A DNA stretch of 64,000 nucleotides, taken from the NCBI GenBank assembly GCA_015061525.1, contig SUWK01000003.1:18395-82394 (forward strand). Direction: 5' to 3'. The notes beneath the pieces are model-generated. The model ran no database searches. It was not told the origin of the DNA and worked only from the letters and a program-made list of their open reading frames with translations. Shown in pieces: positions 1 through 8,942 of this stretch. The stretch's first letter is position 1; each line of letters opens with the position of its first letter. Position numbers and translations under genes: made by a program. This DNA is from Lentisphaerota bacterium. GTDB taxonomy: Bacteria; Verrucomicrobiota; Lentisphaeria; Victivallales; Victivallaceae.

Positions 1-322
1 CAAAAACATCAGAACGATTTGCAATATCTTCTGCCCATATTTTGAGCATTGCTTTTCTGTAGTATTCGGTCTGAGCCAACGTAGTTTCCCAAAAATTCAG
101 CTTGTAAGACAACAAAGGATTGAATTTAGGGAATCCGAATGCATCAAATCCGGTGGATAAGCTTTGATTTGCAAATACTCTCAAATTACCGCGAGATAAA
201 AATTCGCTGCGAAAAAGTATTGGGCGCAAAAGCGCAGTACTGCCATTGCTGCCATCAAAAACTTCGGCACCAAGCAGCAGGGGGAACATCAGAGTGATAA
301 AAAAGTATTTTTTAAAAGTCAT
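1..322 (-). CDS. hypothetical secreted protein, partial (runs off the window start; not in the ORF track because no stop lies in the window)
   Basis: ATG (rc) at 322-320, then an open frame down to position 2. The N-terminus MTFKKYFFITLMFPLLLGAEVF looks like a Sec signal peptide. The start overlaps the 3' end of the upstream gene (312-899) by 11 nt. Confidence 0.45.
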   Translation of the reverse strand, partial: MTFKKYFFITLMFPLLLGAEVFDGSNGSTALLRPILFRSEFLSRGNLRVFANQSLSTGFDAFGFPKFNPLLSYKLNFWETTLAQTEYYRKAMLKIWAEDIANRSDVF

Positions 323-899
323 CTAAAGTTTTCCGTCTTGGTATATTTGATATGTTTGTCAGGGTATCCCGTTGCTGAAAAATAGCATTTACGCGGACTT
401 TCTTTTTGTTTTCGGGAGTCAGACAATCGTAGATTTCAGCCAATCGTCCCATTATTTCTCTATTCAGCATGCTTTCACGAACAATAGAAATATTTATTTC
501 ACTGAGTTTTCCATATAGCCTCATCAGTCTATGCTGATCGACTGTTGACAATTTTGCATAACAGCCAGTAGTCGATTGTTCCAAACACCCCTCTGCCCAG
601 AGCATGTAGGCAAAAATACGCCGTTCTCTTAAAACTGCTAAAATAGCTAAGCACTTTTCACTCAGCGCAATAGTTTCATCAGTCTGTTCCCGTTTCATAA
701 GTTGTTGACCAATTTGATCTATCTTTGCCATCAAGTTGGTTATTCGTTGCTGAGGAGAACTTGAATGCACTGATAAAGCTATTGCAGTTTCTTCTTTCAG
801 TAGTTGTTTGATTTGTGCATCAAAATCCGCGACAGAAGTCTCTGCGGCACAAACACAAAAGGCATAACAGATACTGATAATAATTGCAAAATATTTCAT
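312..899 (-). CDS. hypothetical secreted protein (signal peptide, probably helical)
   Basis: 195-aa ORF. N-terminus MKYFAIIISICYAFCVCAAE is signal-like. It sits 15 nt downstream of the preceding minus-strand gene. Confidence 0.6.
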   Translation of the reverse strand: MKYFAIIISICYAFCVCAAETSVADFDAQIKQLLKEETAIALSVHSSSPQQRITNLMAKIDQIGQQLMKREQTDETIALSEKCLAILAVLRERRIFAYMLWAEGCLEQSTTGCYAKLSTVDQHRLMRLYGKLSEINISIVRESMLNREIMGRLAEIYDCLTPENKKKVRVNAIFQQRDTLTNISNIPRRKTLDDF

Positions 900-914
900 A
901 ATTAGGGGATGCCT

Positions 915-1523
915 TTATTTTATGATCAAACGCACTTCCTGACCGTCGGTTAAAATGTCATTGCCACAGGATTTTTTATGAGTACCGATGAATTGATCAA
1001 AAGAGGAAAATGCAAACGAAGCAACTTCTCTTGCATCTCGAACTGGAGCCAAAAGAGATGCCCCGGCACCGACACCACCCCCAATAGCGATGCCAATAGC
1101 AGCACCAGCAGGAGCCCCCAACCCTCCAGTACAGAAGCCAGCCAAGCATCCTCCGATAATCCCGCCTACAGTCGCTCCAATGCCACCACCAGCTGCAGCT
1201 CTGGCACCACGCTCCAGATTTTTCTTTTCTCCGACAAAGATTTTTACAACAATCGGAAACTTGTCATCAGCAATAGAGATTTTTTTATTAAAATAAAAGT
1301 CTGCTTTATTTCCGCTGATGCTCTGTCCATCTGTTCTTTCAAGTATTTTATTTTCACCTTGAATAACTTCAACCCAAAGCACAGGTTCTGTGAATGAAAA
1401 ATTATCCCCTTTTGCTTTCAAAACATATTCAGTAGGAGCATGGAACGAGGATATGACATAATCTTTTGCCTGAAGAGTCATTGTTCCGAAGATCAGTGCG
1501 AGTGCGAACATAATTTTTTTCAT
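915..1523 (-). CDS. glycine-zipper-containing secreted/membrane protein
   Basis: Internal start MKKIMFALALIFGTMTLQA (cat at 1521-1523) is preceded by a GGAGGAAAAG RBS. The C-terminal GGGIGATVGGIIGG...GIAIGGGVGAG stretch is a glycine-zipper pattern. The longer 259-aa form in the ORF track has no RBS. Confidence 0.65.
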   Translation of the reverse strand: MKKIMFALALIFGTMTLQAKDYVISSFHAPTEYVLKAKGDNFSFTEPVLWVEVIQGENKILERTDGQSISGNKADFYFNKKISIADDKFPIVVKIFVGEKKNLERGARAAAGGGIGATVGGIIGGCLAGFCTGGLGAPAGAAIGIAIGGGVGAGASLLAPVRDAREVASFAFSSFDQFIGTHKKSCGNDILTDGQEVRLIIK

Positions 1524-1870
1524 CTTTTCCTCCGTGCGTTTGTTGTTTTTGCCATTCCGGGAAGTATGCGGAGGGAGAGAATAAAAAAGCACGTTTCTCC
1601 AACCCGCAGTAACAAGGCACTCGCAAGCCCACCACCACACGGAAGCAGAAACGTGCCAGCTATGCGGATAAACGCACATGGCACGCCTGAACAACCGGTT
1701 TGCGTGGTGGTTATGAAAGTTGCGAGTTTTCTGTTACCCACTTACCGATCAAGCGATCAAAAATAATCAGTCCTTTTCTCCGGACCAATCCGATGGTGTA
1801 ATTTACCATTGAAACAATGATTTTTCAAGTTGAGTTATTCAAAAATTTCCATTTTATCTGTACGAACGGT

Positions 1871-1904
1871 AAAAAAAAGACCGGGGCGGATCACTCCGTC
1901 CCGG
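1871..1904 (-). terminator. rho-independent terminator after the DUF932 operon
   Basis: On the minus strand: CCGGGACGG / CCGCCCCGG stem (one mismatch) followed by TCTTTTTTTT. Confidence 0.8.
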
Positions 1905-1988
1905 GATGCAATGATAACTTTGCCGGGGGCATCACTTCCGGTAAAGTCCCGTGTGAGGGGCGGCATGGTGTTGCGAGTGCCGTGGTCG

Positions 1989-2717
1989 TCAACTCCATAA
2001 CGCAGGGCGGTGTCCATCCAGTCCGAAGCAGCTTGTCAGCTGACGGTAGGAGGTATCCACTCTGCCGGGGGTGTACTTTTTGATCGTTTCGGTGAAAGCG
2101 TTGAGCAGCGAATACCTTGTCGGCTCGGAAAACTCTGGATGTCTGGGATTTTTGAACTCCCTGAAGACCGGCACGATGTCACTGCTGTTGATCGCTCCCA
2201 GTTCTGCGGCTCTGACAATGCGGCTGCGGGCTTCATCATCGTTTTTCAAATAGATGATCTTCAAATCTTCACAGACAGTTTCCAGTATCAGAAACTCATT
2301 TTCAAGTTCGGTCATCGCCACATCCACCAGTTCAGTCAGCTCTATCCGGGAGGTATGGCGGCGTTTGATCACCGCAGTTCCTCCGAAAGCCAGATTACTG
2401 CAGACCGTTACGCTGATACCGGCAGAGAGTCCGACTGCGAAACTTTTATCGTGGCTGTTCCGCAGACCAATGCACCGTGACCAGTCGGTACTGTTGGTTT
2501 TATTGATCCGCATAACGCCGAACATCTTCTGCCCCTCTCTGGCAAGTCCGAAGTTTTCATCAAGTATCTGCCAGTTATGGGCTTTGACCACATCGGTCAC
2601 AGCTTCGATCACCTCCATGTGAGGAACCGGCTTCCAGCTCTCTGTCCCTGCAGGGGTCTGCACCAGAGCGATCTCATCACGGCTGACAAACTTTCCGTCG
2701 CACATCATCAATCCCAT
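1989..2717 (-). CDS. DUF932 domain-containing protein (phage/plasmid-associated family)
   Basis: Start MGLMMCDGKF at 2717 has a GGAGGTG RBS. Motifs WKPVPH, FGVMRI and GLRNSHDKSFA are typical of DUF932. It lies 4 nt after the stop of the upstream nuclease gene. Confidence 0.8.
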   Translation of the reverse strand: MGLMMCDGKFVSRDEIALVQTPAGTESWKPVPHMEVIEAVTDVVKAHNWQILDENFGLAREGQKMFGVMRINKTNSTDWSRCIGLRNSHDKSFAVGLSAGISVTVCSNLAFGGTAVIKRRHTSRIELTELVDVAMTELENEFLILETVCEDLKIIYLKNDDEARSRIVRAAELGAINSSDIVPVFREFKNPRHPEFSEPTRYSLLNAFTETIKKYTPGRVDTSYRQLTSCFGLDGHRPALWS

Positions 2718-2721
2718 GTTA

Positions 2722-3498
2722 TCACCTCCATTTCTTGCAACGGTCAGCGTAAGGGCATTCCCCACAGCTGAATCCGGTTTCATTAGGATAGAAGTTACCG
2801 CTGTTGACGCTTCTTTCGATCTGGTTCGCCAGAGACACAAAGCGGTTCAGCTCATCATCGGTGCGCAGAGTGTAATGGTTGTTGACGGTCGGTGCCTTCG
2901 CCTTGGTAATGACATCAAATCTGAACAGGGGCTTTTCGCCGTGCTTTGCTTTGAAAGCGTAGCAGAACGCTGTCGCCTGCAAGTCTTTATCAGCCTTGCC
3001 AGCCGCCCACTTGGCAGATGATGTTTTCCAGTCCACGATGCAGGTGTCCTTGCCATCCGTCACCACGCAGTCAAACTCTCCGATCAGAGGTTTGCTCAAG
3101 CCCGGCACGTTGACGGAGAAGGATTCAGCGACGCTTTTAACGGCGTAGTCATCCATCCAGTTTTCGCAGACAGCCTCCACCATCCGGAACCCGGTCTGCA
3201 AAAGGGTGTCGTAATCTTCGTTCTGCTTGTAGGTCAGATTCTGGGCGGCATCGCATTCCACCTTGAAAAAATCTTCAAAGACGTCGCAGACCTCACGCTC
3301 GGACATATCAATTCCAATGCGGGCACGTTCAGACAACGCCGCATGGAACGCTCTGCCAAAGGGAAAGCAGGAGCCTGTACGCTCCGGCTCTGCGTTGTCA
3401 ATGTAACGGAATTTGTATTTCAGAGGGCAGGAAAGATAACACTGCAGCGCAGAGTACGACCAGTGGGGCATCTCACGGAGTTTGGCAACAGTTTCCAT
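2722..3498 (-). CDS. PD-(D/E)XK nuclease, Cas4/RecB-like with Fe-S cysteines
   Basis: N-terminal YLSCPLKYKFRY, a D...DWK core (IVDWKTS) and a C-terminal CGECPYADRC cysteine cluster match the Cas4-like exonuclease layout. Confidence 0.8.
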   Translation of the reverse strand: METVAKLREMPHWSYSALQCYLSCPLKYKFRYIDNAEPERTGSCFPFGRAFHAALSERARIGIDMSEREVCDVFEDFFKVECDAAQNLTYKQNEDYDTLLQTGFRMVEAVCENWMDDYAVKSVAESFSVNVPGLSKPLIGEFDCVVTDGKDTCIVDWKTSSAKWAAGKADKDLQATAFCYAFKAKHGEKPLFRFDVITKAKAPTVNNHYTLRTDDELNRFVSLANQIERSVNSGNFYPNETGFSCGECPYADRCKKWR

Positions 3499-3947
3499 TA
3501 CGCTACCACCTTTCCGCTGAACTCATCAATGGCACGGCTGCACTGGGTTCTGGTGAGAGCTTCCAGCACCGCCACGCCGAAGCGGGCTTTGATCTGTTCA
3601 GGAGTTATGCCGCAGTTGCGTGCCAAGTCCAGCAGGAACTTGATCTGCTTCGGGCTTGCCGGAGCATCGTTGTTACTGTTGCCCTTGCGGCTGTGGTTAT
3701 AATTGCCCGTATTGCCGCCTTGCGGGGCCGTTGGCGTGGTGGTAACGGTCACCGCAGGTGTCGCACCGTGCAGCTCCGCTTCAACGCTATTACGCACCAA
3801 TGCGAAGGTTTCGTGGATCTTACCGTTGAGCTGTTCGGAGTTGAGCCCGTCAGGGAGTTCCACTTCAATCGAAGCATGGTAACTCTGACTGGTGTATTCG
3901 CCCTCGGCAGGGACTTTCTTGGAATAACTTGCATTGAGTTTCAACAT
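3498..3947 (-). CDS. hypothetical protein (mobile-element module)
   Basis: 149-aa ORF with an AAGGAGAA RBS. Its stop overlaps the start of the nuclease gene by 1 nt. Confidence 0.6.
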   Translation of the reverse strand: MLKLNASYSKKVPAEGEYTSQSYHASIEVELPDGLNSEQLNGKIHETFALVRNSVEAELHGATPAVTVTTTPTAPQGGNTGNYNHSRKGNSNNDAPASPKQIKFLLDLARNCGITPEQIKARFGVAVLEALTRTQCSRAIDEFSGKVVA

Positions 3948-3965
3948 AATCTTTTCTCCTTAAAA

Positions 3966-3990
3966 TGAAAAAGCCCCGGACTGCCGGGGC
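3966..3990 (-). terminator. intra-operon hairpin / attenuator-like terminator
   Basis: Minus strand: AGCCCCGG cagt CCGGGGCT followed by TTTTTC. It sits between the clamp gene stop (4011) and the next start (3947). Confidence 0.6.
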
Positions 3991-4010
3991 TTCGTGGGGG
4001 TGGTGTCGGT

Positions 4011-5426
4011 TCAGATCGCCATGCGGATACGTTCAATGGCACGGCGGGCTTGGATGAAGTCACGCTCTTTCTGTTTCTGCGAAAGAGCAACCTCTTTAAC
4101 CTTACGGCTCAGTACCGCTGATTCATCCAGCATCGCTTTGATCTTGAGTTTGAATTCCTCAATGGCTGTGCCGAGTTCATCAAGGGGATTGGCGACCGGA
4201 GTTGTGGCACCACTATCAAAAGTTCCAACTTGTCTTTGCGTGCCTTGCGAAAGTACAACGCCGGTTATTTTTCGTTGGTTACCGCAAAGGGTAGCCGCCT
4301 CAAAATTCCCGGCATTGCCTTTTTCGCAATTCATCGCAAATCCGGTGTCGTTACTTTTGACAGTTGCGCCTGTCTGCTCCACGACAGGGGTGTTTTCATG
4401 TTCCATTTTATTTTCTTCCTTATAGTTGGGATTGGTTTTGATTGTTCTGATTGGCATAGCGATGTACTGACCGTCACCGCCACAGCCAAGCACCGGCATC
4501 TGCCCGTCAGAGTTGGCTTTGAAAGTGGTGTAACCCTGCAGCAGCATCCGCAACAGGATTTCACGATCGAGCGTCAGCACTGCCCGGGGAGTAACTCCAC
4601 TAACAGTGGCTGCAGTTGAAAGCTGATAATCTGTCTGAATGCAGGAGACCAGCGTTACACCATGAGGCGTTATGTTTAGTTCCACACCGTTGGTGGTCTT
4701 TTGACTGGGAATATTTTTTACCCAGTCGATAACTGCAGATGGTTCATCCAGCGTGATGCTGTAATTCAATGCTTGAGCTCCGGGGATGACTCCCCGCCAG
4801 TTGGGGTACTGACCTTCCAGAAGTTTACCATGCCACTTGAAATTGCCGATTTCAAGCTGAAAGAGGTTCTGCCACGTGCGGAGTGTTCCCATTTCAGAAG
4901 GCTTTGCCGCCAGTAACGCAGCAGGGAACGGAATTGTTACCTCTTTAGTGAGCGACAGCGGTGTCGGCAGATGAAGCAACTGTTTGCCATCGGTGACGGC
5001 AACTCCGGCACTGGAAAGATTGATGCCTTGCAGAACTCTTCGGAAGTTACTGCGATCAACGATGGGGGCTGCCTGTGAGAGCAGTTCCACAAAGTTGGCA
5101 GGCAGTACCACCGGGACGACCTCGGCAGTCGGTTCCTCCGGTTCAGGAAATGGGATGTATCCCCCTGTAAGCTCCATAAACTCACAGCGGCTGCTGCGGA
5201 TCTGCTCTTTAAGTTCCTTGAAGGGGATGCAGAAGTTGATTGCGCTGTCAGCAAAGGCTTCAAGTTTGACTGAAACAGATTCAACTCCGTCAGTAGCCAT
5301 GGCACGGATGCCGCACTCATCTCCAACAAAGCGGATAGAGCGGTACAGTTCCACAGGGCTGGTCTGACAGACAACTTTGCCCAGAACTTTCAGGGCACGG
5401 GACAATTCATTTTTGGTGATCTTCAT
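4011..5426 (-). CDS. DNA polymerase III beta sliding-clamp homologue with a long C-terminal extension
   Basis: N-terminus MKITKNELSRALKVLGKVV and VAVTDGKQLLHLP resemble the DnaN N-terminal region and its TDGHRLA motif. About 120 extra C-terminal residues end in a coiled-coil-like segment. Confidence 0.65.
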   Translation of the reverse strand: MKITKNELSRALKVLGKVVCQTSPVELYRSIRFVGDECGIRAMATDGVESVSVKLEAFADSAINFCIPFKELKEQIRSSRCEFMELTGGYIPFPEPEEPTAEVVPVVLPANFVELLSQAAPIVDRSNFRRVLQGINLSSAGVAVTDGKQLLHLPTPLSLTKEVTIPFPAALLAAKPSEMGTLRTWQNLFQLEIGNFKWHGKLLEGQYPNWRGVIPGAQALNYSITLDEPSAVIDWVKNIPSQKTTNGVELNITPHGVTLVSCIQTDYQLSTAATVSGVTPRAVLTLDREILLRMLLQGYTTFKANSDGQMPVLGCGGDGQYIAMPIRTIKTNPNYKEENKMEHENTPVVEQTGATVKSNDTGFAMNCEKGNAGNFEAATLCGNQRKITGVVLSQGTQRQVGTFDSGATTPVANPLDELGTAIEEFKLKIKAMLDESAVLSRKVKEVALSQKQKERDFIQARRAIERIRMAI

Positions 5427-5790
5427 TTTTATAACCTTTCGTATTGAGATATTTTGTTATTTTTCTCCAGATGAAATATCCGGAGCAAAGGAGAGCGATC
5501 AAGACCGCCCAGCGGAGCGGCCAGGTGATAAGTGACAGCGAATCAGTGAAGGCTTCAGGCTTTTCTTCAGCCACAGTTTTGAGTCCATCCTCCACGCCGT
5601 CACTGATCTTGTAGGCTGCAATCACAGTTCCGGCAGCCACGCCACTGGCAGCGACCGTCTGCCACGGAACTTTGCGGACAACTTCAATGGTTTTCACCGG
5701 TCGATGCCGTCGTGGGCGATGTACCCGATGTGGAGCAGCCGAAGCAATGATTGAAAGGGCAGAGAGGATAGCCGCAAGGATGAGTTTCAT
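5407..5790 (-). CDS. hypothetical membrane protein (signal peptide plus C-terminal TM)
   Basis: 127-aa ORF. It has an ATGA overlap with the upstream gene at 5787-5790 and overlaps the clamp gene start by 20 nt. Confidence 0.55.
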   Translation of the reverse strand: MKLILAAILSALSIIASAAPHRVHRPRRHRPVKTIEVVRKVPWQTVAASGVAAGTVIAAYKISDGVEDGLKTVAEEKPEAFTDSLSLITWPLRWAVLIALLCSGYFIWRKITKYLNTKGYKNEDHQK

Positions 5791-6536
5791 TCCAGAGCCA
5801 CCTTTCTGCTTGCCTCACGGCAGTTGTCGATGGATTGCAGCAGTACCGCAGTCAGTTCTGAATGAAGTTGAGCCTTCGCCTGCCAGAGATCATAGGCACA
5901 CCACGCTGTACCGCCAGTTGCCAACAGTACGGCAATAGTGTCGCCAATGGGGAATGGACCATCCGCTACCGCACAGGCGGCTCCTGTACCGTAGGCAGCA
6001 GCAAGGCGTGAACTAATTGCACCCAGAACTGAAGTGAACGCCTTTATAGTTGATTTCATAAAGACCGCTTCAAGCATCAGCCCGCTTGCAGCATAAGCAG
6101 AAGCAACAACTGCATCGCTGTTGAGTTCAGCAATGTGTTTTTGGAAGCTTGCAGGGTTCACGTCACAGCCATAGACTTTCGCCCCTTCACGGCAGGGATC
6201 AATGATCCGGGCATTGATGACAGAAGCCAGATATTCCTGCGCCCGATTGCCTCCAGAGAGTTTGTCGCAGTTGGCGAGGTAACAGAATTTAACCATACTG
6301 CTGTAACTGGTCAGCTCTTCCACGACAGCCGGGATGTTCTGCTTTGCCCGGTCGAAGTGTGGTTTGGCTCTGGCATCGAGTTCAGCAATGTCAGGTTTCC
6401 GTGAGGAGACTGTCAGTACCTCTGAAAGTTTTTCTTTGTGCAGCATCCAATAGCCGCCGCCCCCCAGAACAAGGGCAAAAAGAAGTCCGGCGAAGAAATA
6501 TCCTCCACCGGACTTGCTCTGGTAAGTTTTTTGCAT
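5787..6536 (-). CDS. hypothetical membrane protein
   Basis: 249-aa ORF. N-terminal TM GGGYFFAGLLFALVLGGGGYW and C-terminal hydrophobic segments. It is the first gene of the minus-strand module. Confidence 0.6.
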   Translation of the reverse strand: MQKTYQSKSGGGYFFAGLLFALVLGGGGYWMLHKEKLSEVLTVSSRKPDIAELDARAKPHFDRAKQNIPAVVEELTSYSSMVKFCYLANCDKLSGGNRAQEYLASVINARIIDPCREGAKVYGCDVNPASFQKHIAELNSDAVVASAYAASGLMLEAVFMKSTIKAFTSVLGAISSRLAAAYGTGAACAVADGPFPIGDTIAVLLATGGTAWCAYDLWQAKAQLHSELTAVLLQSIDNCREASRKVALE

Positions 6537-6632
6537 AATACCTCCATAGATTGATGTTTTTCAGAACGGGACTATCCCGTCCGGGGTATTATGCCTGAAA
6601 AAGTGGCAGTTTTAAGGGGTTTGCTGTGTGAT

Positions 6633-6700
6633 ATGTTAAAAAAACGGATTTTTTATACATACGGGGCTTGTCATGTTAAGAAAAGTGGATTTTCTTAACA
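6633..6700. promoter_or_regulatory. two related inverted repeats (operator-like) between hipA and the replication/recombination module
   Basis: ATGTTAAAAAAACGGATTTTTTATACAT (6633-6660) and ATGTTAAGAAAAGTGGATTTTCTTAACA (6673-6700). The second has perfect 11-bp arms. The two copies start 40 nt apart. Confidence 0.4.
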
Positions 6701-6733
6701 CGACAACAATCTAAAGAAGATGGTTTGTGCTTT

Positions 6734-7885
6734 TCAGCAAATGTTGTATTGTGTCAATGCCGAGTTTACCTGAGCGATCAGAGTTTTTGTCTCCGCTTCA
6801 GAGATATTAGCCGTGGCTGCTGTTTTTATCAGGTCAGCATCGGTGATATTGCGTCCTTTGCCATTGACCATGCAAGTTTGTTCGCCGTTGATACCTGCAC
6901 TTGGTGTGAGGTCATAGGCAGGAGCAAGCTGCCACTGGTACCGGGAGTTCAGCAGAAATGAAAAGTTCTTACTGTGATCATCCTTATTGCCGCTTTTTAT
7001 ATTGAAGATCATCCGGCGTACCATTTCCACCACATCGGCGTGATTTTTGGTCAGAATCCAAGTGAGCTTCAACAGATTTTCATAATCAAGCGAAGCAAAG
7101 CGGTGCGAAGCGTGGAGCAAACCGCAGGCGGTATGAATATGAACTTTGCCCTCTGGTGTACGGTCAAAACGCTGAACACCGAAACAGCCGCGTCCGTCTT
7201 TCAAGGGAAACAAATGCGTTTCCGGCATGGTGATTCCGGCAGCTTTCGCCGCCAGAGAGTAACGGTATTCCAACTCTCCGGAACTCTGCGGATCATGCTT
7301 TTCTGAAAACTTGATGATCCACGGAGTAAAACCGTCAGGGATACTCTTCCCGCCATGAATGATCTGTTTGCGGTCGCTTGAAACACAGGCAACGATCTTG
7401 GGACGGGCCCCCCCGGATGAACCATTGAGTTTCAGCAGTTCATCAAGAACGGTGCTTTCTTCGCCGTCAAGGATCCGGTCAACCTCACCGGAAAGTGAAT
7501 CAAGTTCAATATCTCCGTAAAGGGCAGAATCCCCGGCTGCCGGTTCGTATTCCAACGCACCCATTGGATTTGCCCCAATAAGCGAAAGCCGGTCAAGTGG
7601 TGTTATTTCGGCGTAAGATTTGCCCAGCTTGCGAAGTTTGCGATCAAGGAGCAAACAACCCCACCCATCAGGCAGACTGTCGTTAAAAAGCCCGAAAAGC
7701 CCATCGAAAACGCGGGATTTTTCTTCAAATACGCCGGCTTTCAAAGGCAGTTTGAAAGGAGACAACTCAATACCGCTCTTCAGAAAATCCGGAGAGTATT
7801 CAAAGAAGATACGCTGTTTGTCTTGAAGCAGCAGCCCGACTTCCTGACGGATGCCGTACATATTCAAAAAGACTTTGAGTTTCAT
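6734..7885 (-). CDS. hipA: type II toxin HipA-family serine/threonine kinase
   Basis: Contains the SSGGARPK P-loop-like motif and NKDDHSKNFSFLL catalytic motif. A 4-nt overlap links it to the upstream HTH gene. Confidence 0.9.
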   Translation of the reverse strand: MKLKVFLNMYGIRQEVGLLLQDKQRIFFEYSPDFLKSGIELSPFKLPLKAGVFEEKSRVFDGLFGLFNDSLPDGWGCLLLDRKLRKLGKSYAEITPLDRLSLIGANPMGALEYEPAAGDSALYGDIELDSLSGEVDRILDGEESTVLDELLKLNGSSGGARPKIVACVSSDRKQIIHGGKSIPDGFTPWIIKFSEKHDPQSSGELEYRYSLAAKAAGITMPETHLFPLKDGRGCFGVQRFDRTPEGKVHIHTACGLLHASHRFASLDYENLLKLTWILTKNHADVVEMVRRMIFNIKSGNKDDHSKNFSFLLNSRYQWQLAPAYDLTPSAGINGEQTCMVNGKGRNITDADLIKTAATANISEAETKTLIAQVNSALTQYNIC

Positions 7886-8184
7886 TTCTTCCTCGCTCTC
7901 TGCCGGACTTTTTCAACTTTAAAATCATAGAGCGAAGTTGGGATATCCTCCGGCGCAAAGAGAGTTTTGAAATCATCCAATCGCCCCAGTACCAGAGCGA
8001 TGCGGAGCAGGTGGTTAAATTGGACTTCTCCGGTCTTTTCAAAACGCTTTACCGTGCCAACTGCGATACCGATCTTGTCGGCAAGCTCCTGTTGGGTGAT
8101 ATTCTGCTCCAAACGCAATGCTTTGGCACGCTGTGCCGTTCTCTGCATCACATCAGACGGAGCGATCAAATCAATATCGGTCAT
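7882..8184 (-). CDS. hipB: XRE-family HTH antitoxin (HipB-like)
   Basis: Start MTDIDLIAPS (cat at 8182-8184). HTH segment ITQQELADKIGIAVGTVKRFE. Overlaps the hipA start. Confidence 0.8.
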   Translation of the reverse strand: MTDIDLIAPSDVMQRTAQRAKALRLEQNITQQELADKIGIAVGTVKRFEKTGEVQFNHLLRIALVLGRLDDFKTLFAPEDIPTSLYDFKVEKVRQRARKK

Positions 8185-8481
8185 TATAATATCCTTTATC
8201 CGTTGTTTACGATATATAATATACAGCATAATATCTGTAATTCAAGTTTTTCCAGAAAAATTATATAACCGTACTGATAGAGACAAAAGGTTATATTGGC
8301 TGACTTGAAAAAGCAACAAAAGTGTGTTATCTTGTAGTGTTGTCAGTGAAAATTTCTGCTCCACAATTATCCCACATCGTAGAGCATGAATTGAAGCTGT
8401 AAGTTGTTCAACATTTACAAGCTGCGAAGAATAAGACGGTTGCGGAAAGTTGAAAAGTTGGTCCATCTTCAGATACCAATT

Positions 8482-8533
8482 AAAAGCAAAGATATTATGA
8501 TAGCCCTTTTGAGACTTTCATAATATCTTTTTT
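8482..8533. terminator. bidirectional-looking intrinsic terminator
   Basis: 12-bp stem AAGATATTATGA / TCATAATATCTT (8489-8529). An A-rich tract lies on the left and TTTT on the right. Confidence 0.55.
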
Positions 8534-8900
8534 GTTGTAAAAAGTTACTTTTTAATATAACTGAACTTGATTTTTCCGGTATTTGGGAGTATCTTATAGA
8601 GTTGCTTTGTACTGCAAAGCAACGGCTAATTGACAACCGTGATATTTTTTCAGCAAGTGCCCATGAAAACCCGCCAAGTTAAATAATGCAATTGCTGTAC
8701 CCTCAGGTGAAATGTGCCGGTAGGATTGTAGCTGTACATCTTATCGGACGCTTCTTTGCGTGGGTACAGTGGGTTCTTGGCGGGACCTTCATGGGCAATG
8801 CCTGGAAGCGTTCGTTTTCCAAGAATCTTTCCAGACATGCTGGTTTCGCACATGAAATCATCGTGAAAGTCTGCAGCATCCCTCAAATTTTCCCGTCTTC

Positions 8901-8942
8901 AACCGCAAGCCAGTTTTTGCTGAGCCTTGCGGTTTTTCTTTT
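8901..8942 (+). terminator. rho-independent terminator (plus strand)
   Basis: AACCGCAAG ... CTTGCGGTT stem followed by TTTTTCTTTT. No T-run follows on the other strand. Confidence 0.65.

Larger units (their letters stand above)
1871..8229 (-). mobile_element. putative remnant or cargo block of an integrated phage/ICE-like element
   Basis: Gene content: DUF932, Cas4-like nuclease, clamp homologue, hipBA. All genes are co-oriented and several overlap. No integrase, att repeat or tRNA was seen in the window, so the boundaries are unknown. Confidence 0.35.

Noticed and set aside
915-1694. Long N-terminal extensions in the ORF track (915-1694, 1989-2840, 7882-8229, 15011-16351, 38358-39140, 43103-44848, 47007-47972, 49750-50892, 55625-56689)
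   Set aside because: In each case an internal ATG is preceded by a clear RBS, restores a signal peptide or canonical N-terminus, and removes an overlap with the neighbouring gene. The coordinates were trimmed accordingly.
8650-8886. 78-aa minus-strand ORF as a possible small gene or toxin fragment
   Set aside because: It has a TTG start and no RBS at any internal ATG, and I recognise no family motif. I kept it only as part of the unassigned-region finding. A decayed gene cannot be excluded.
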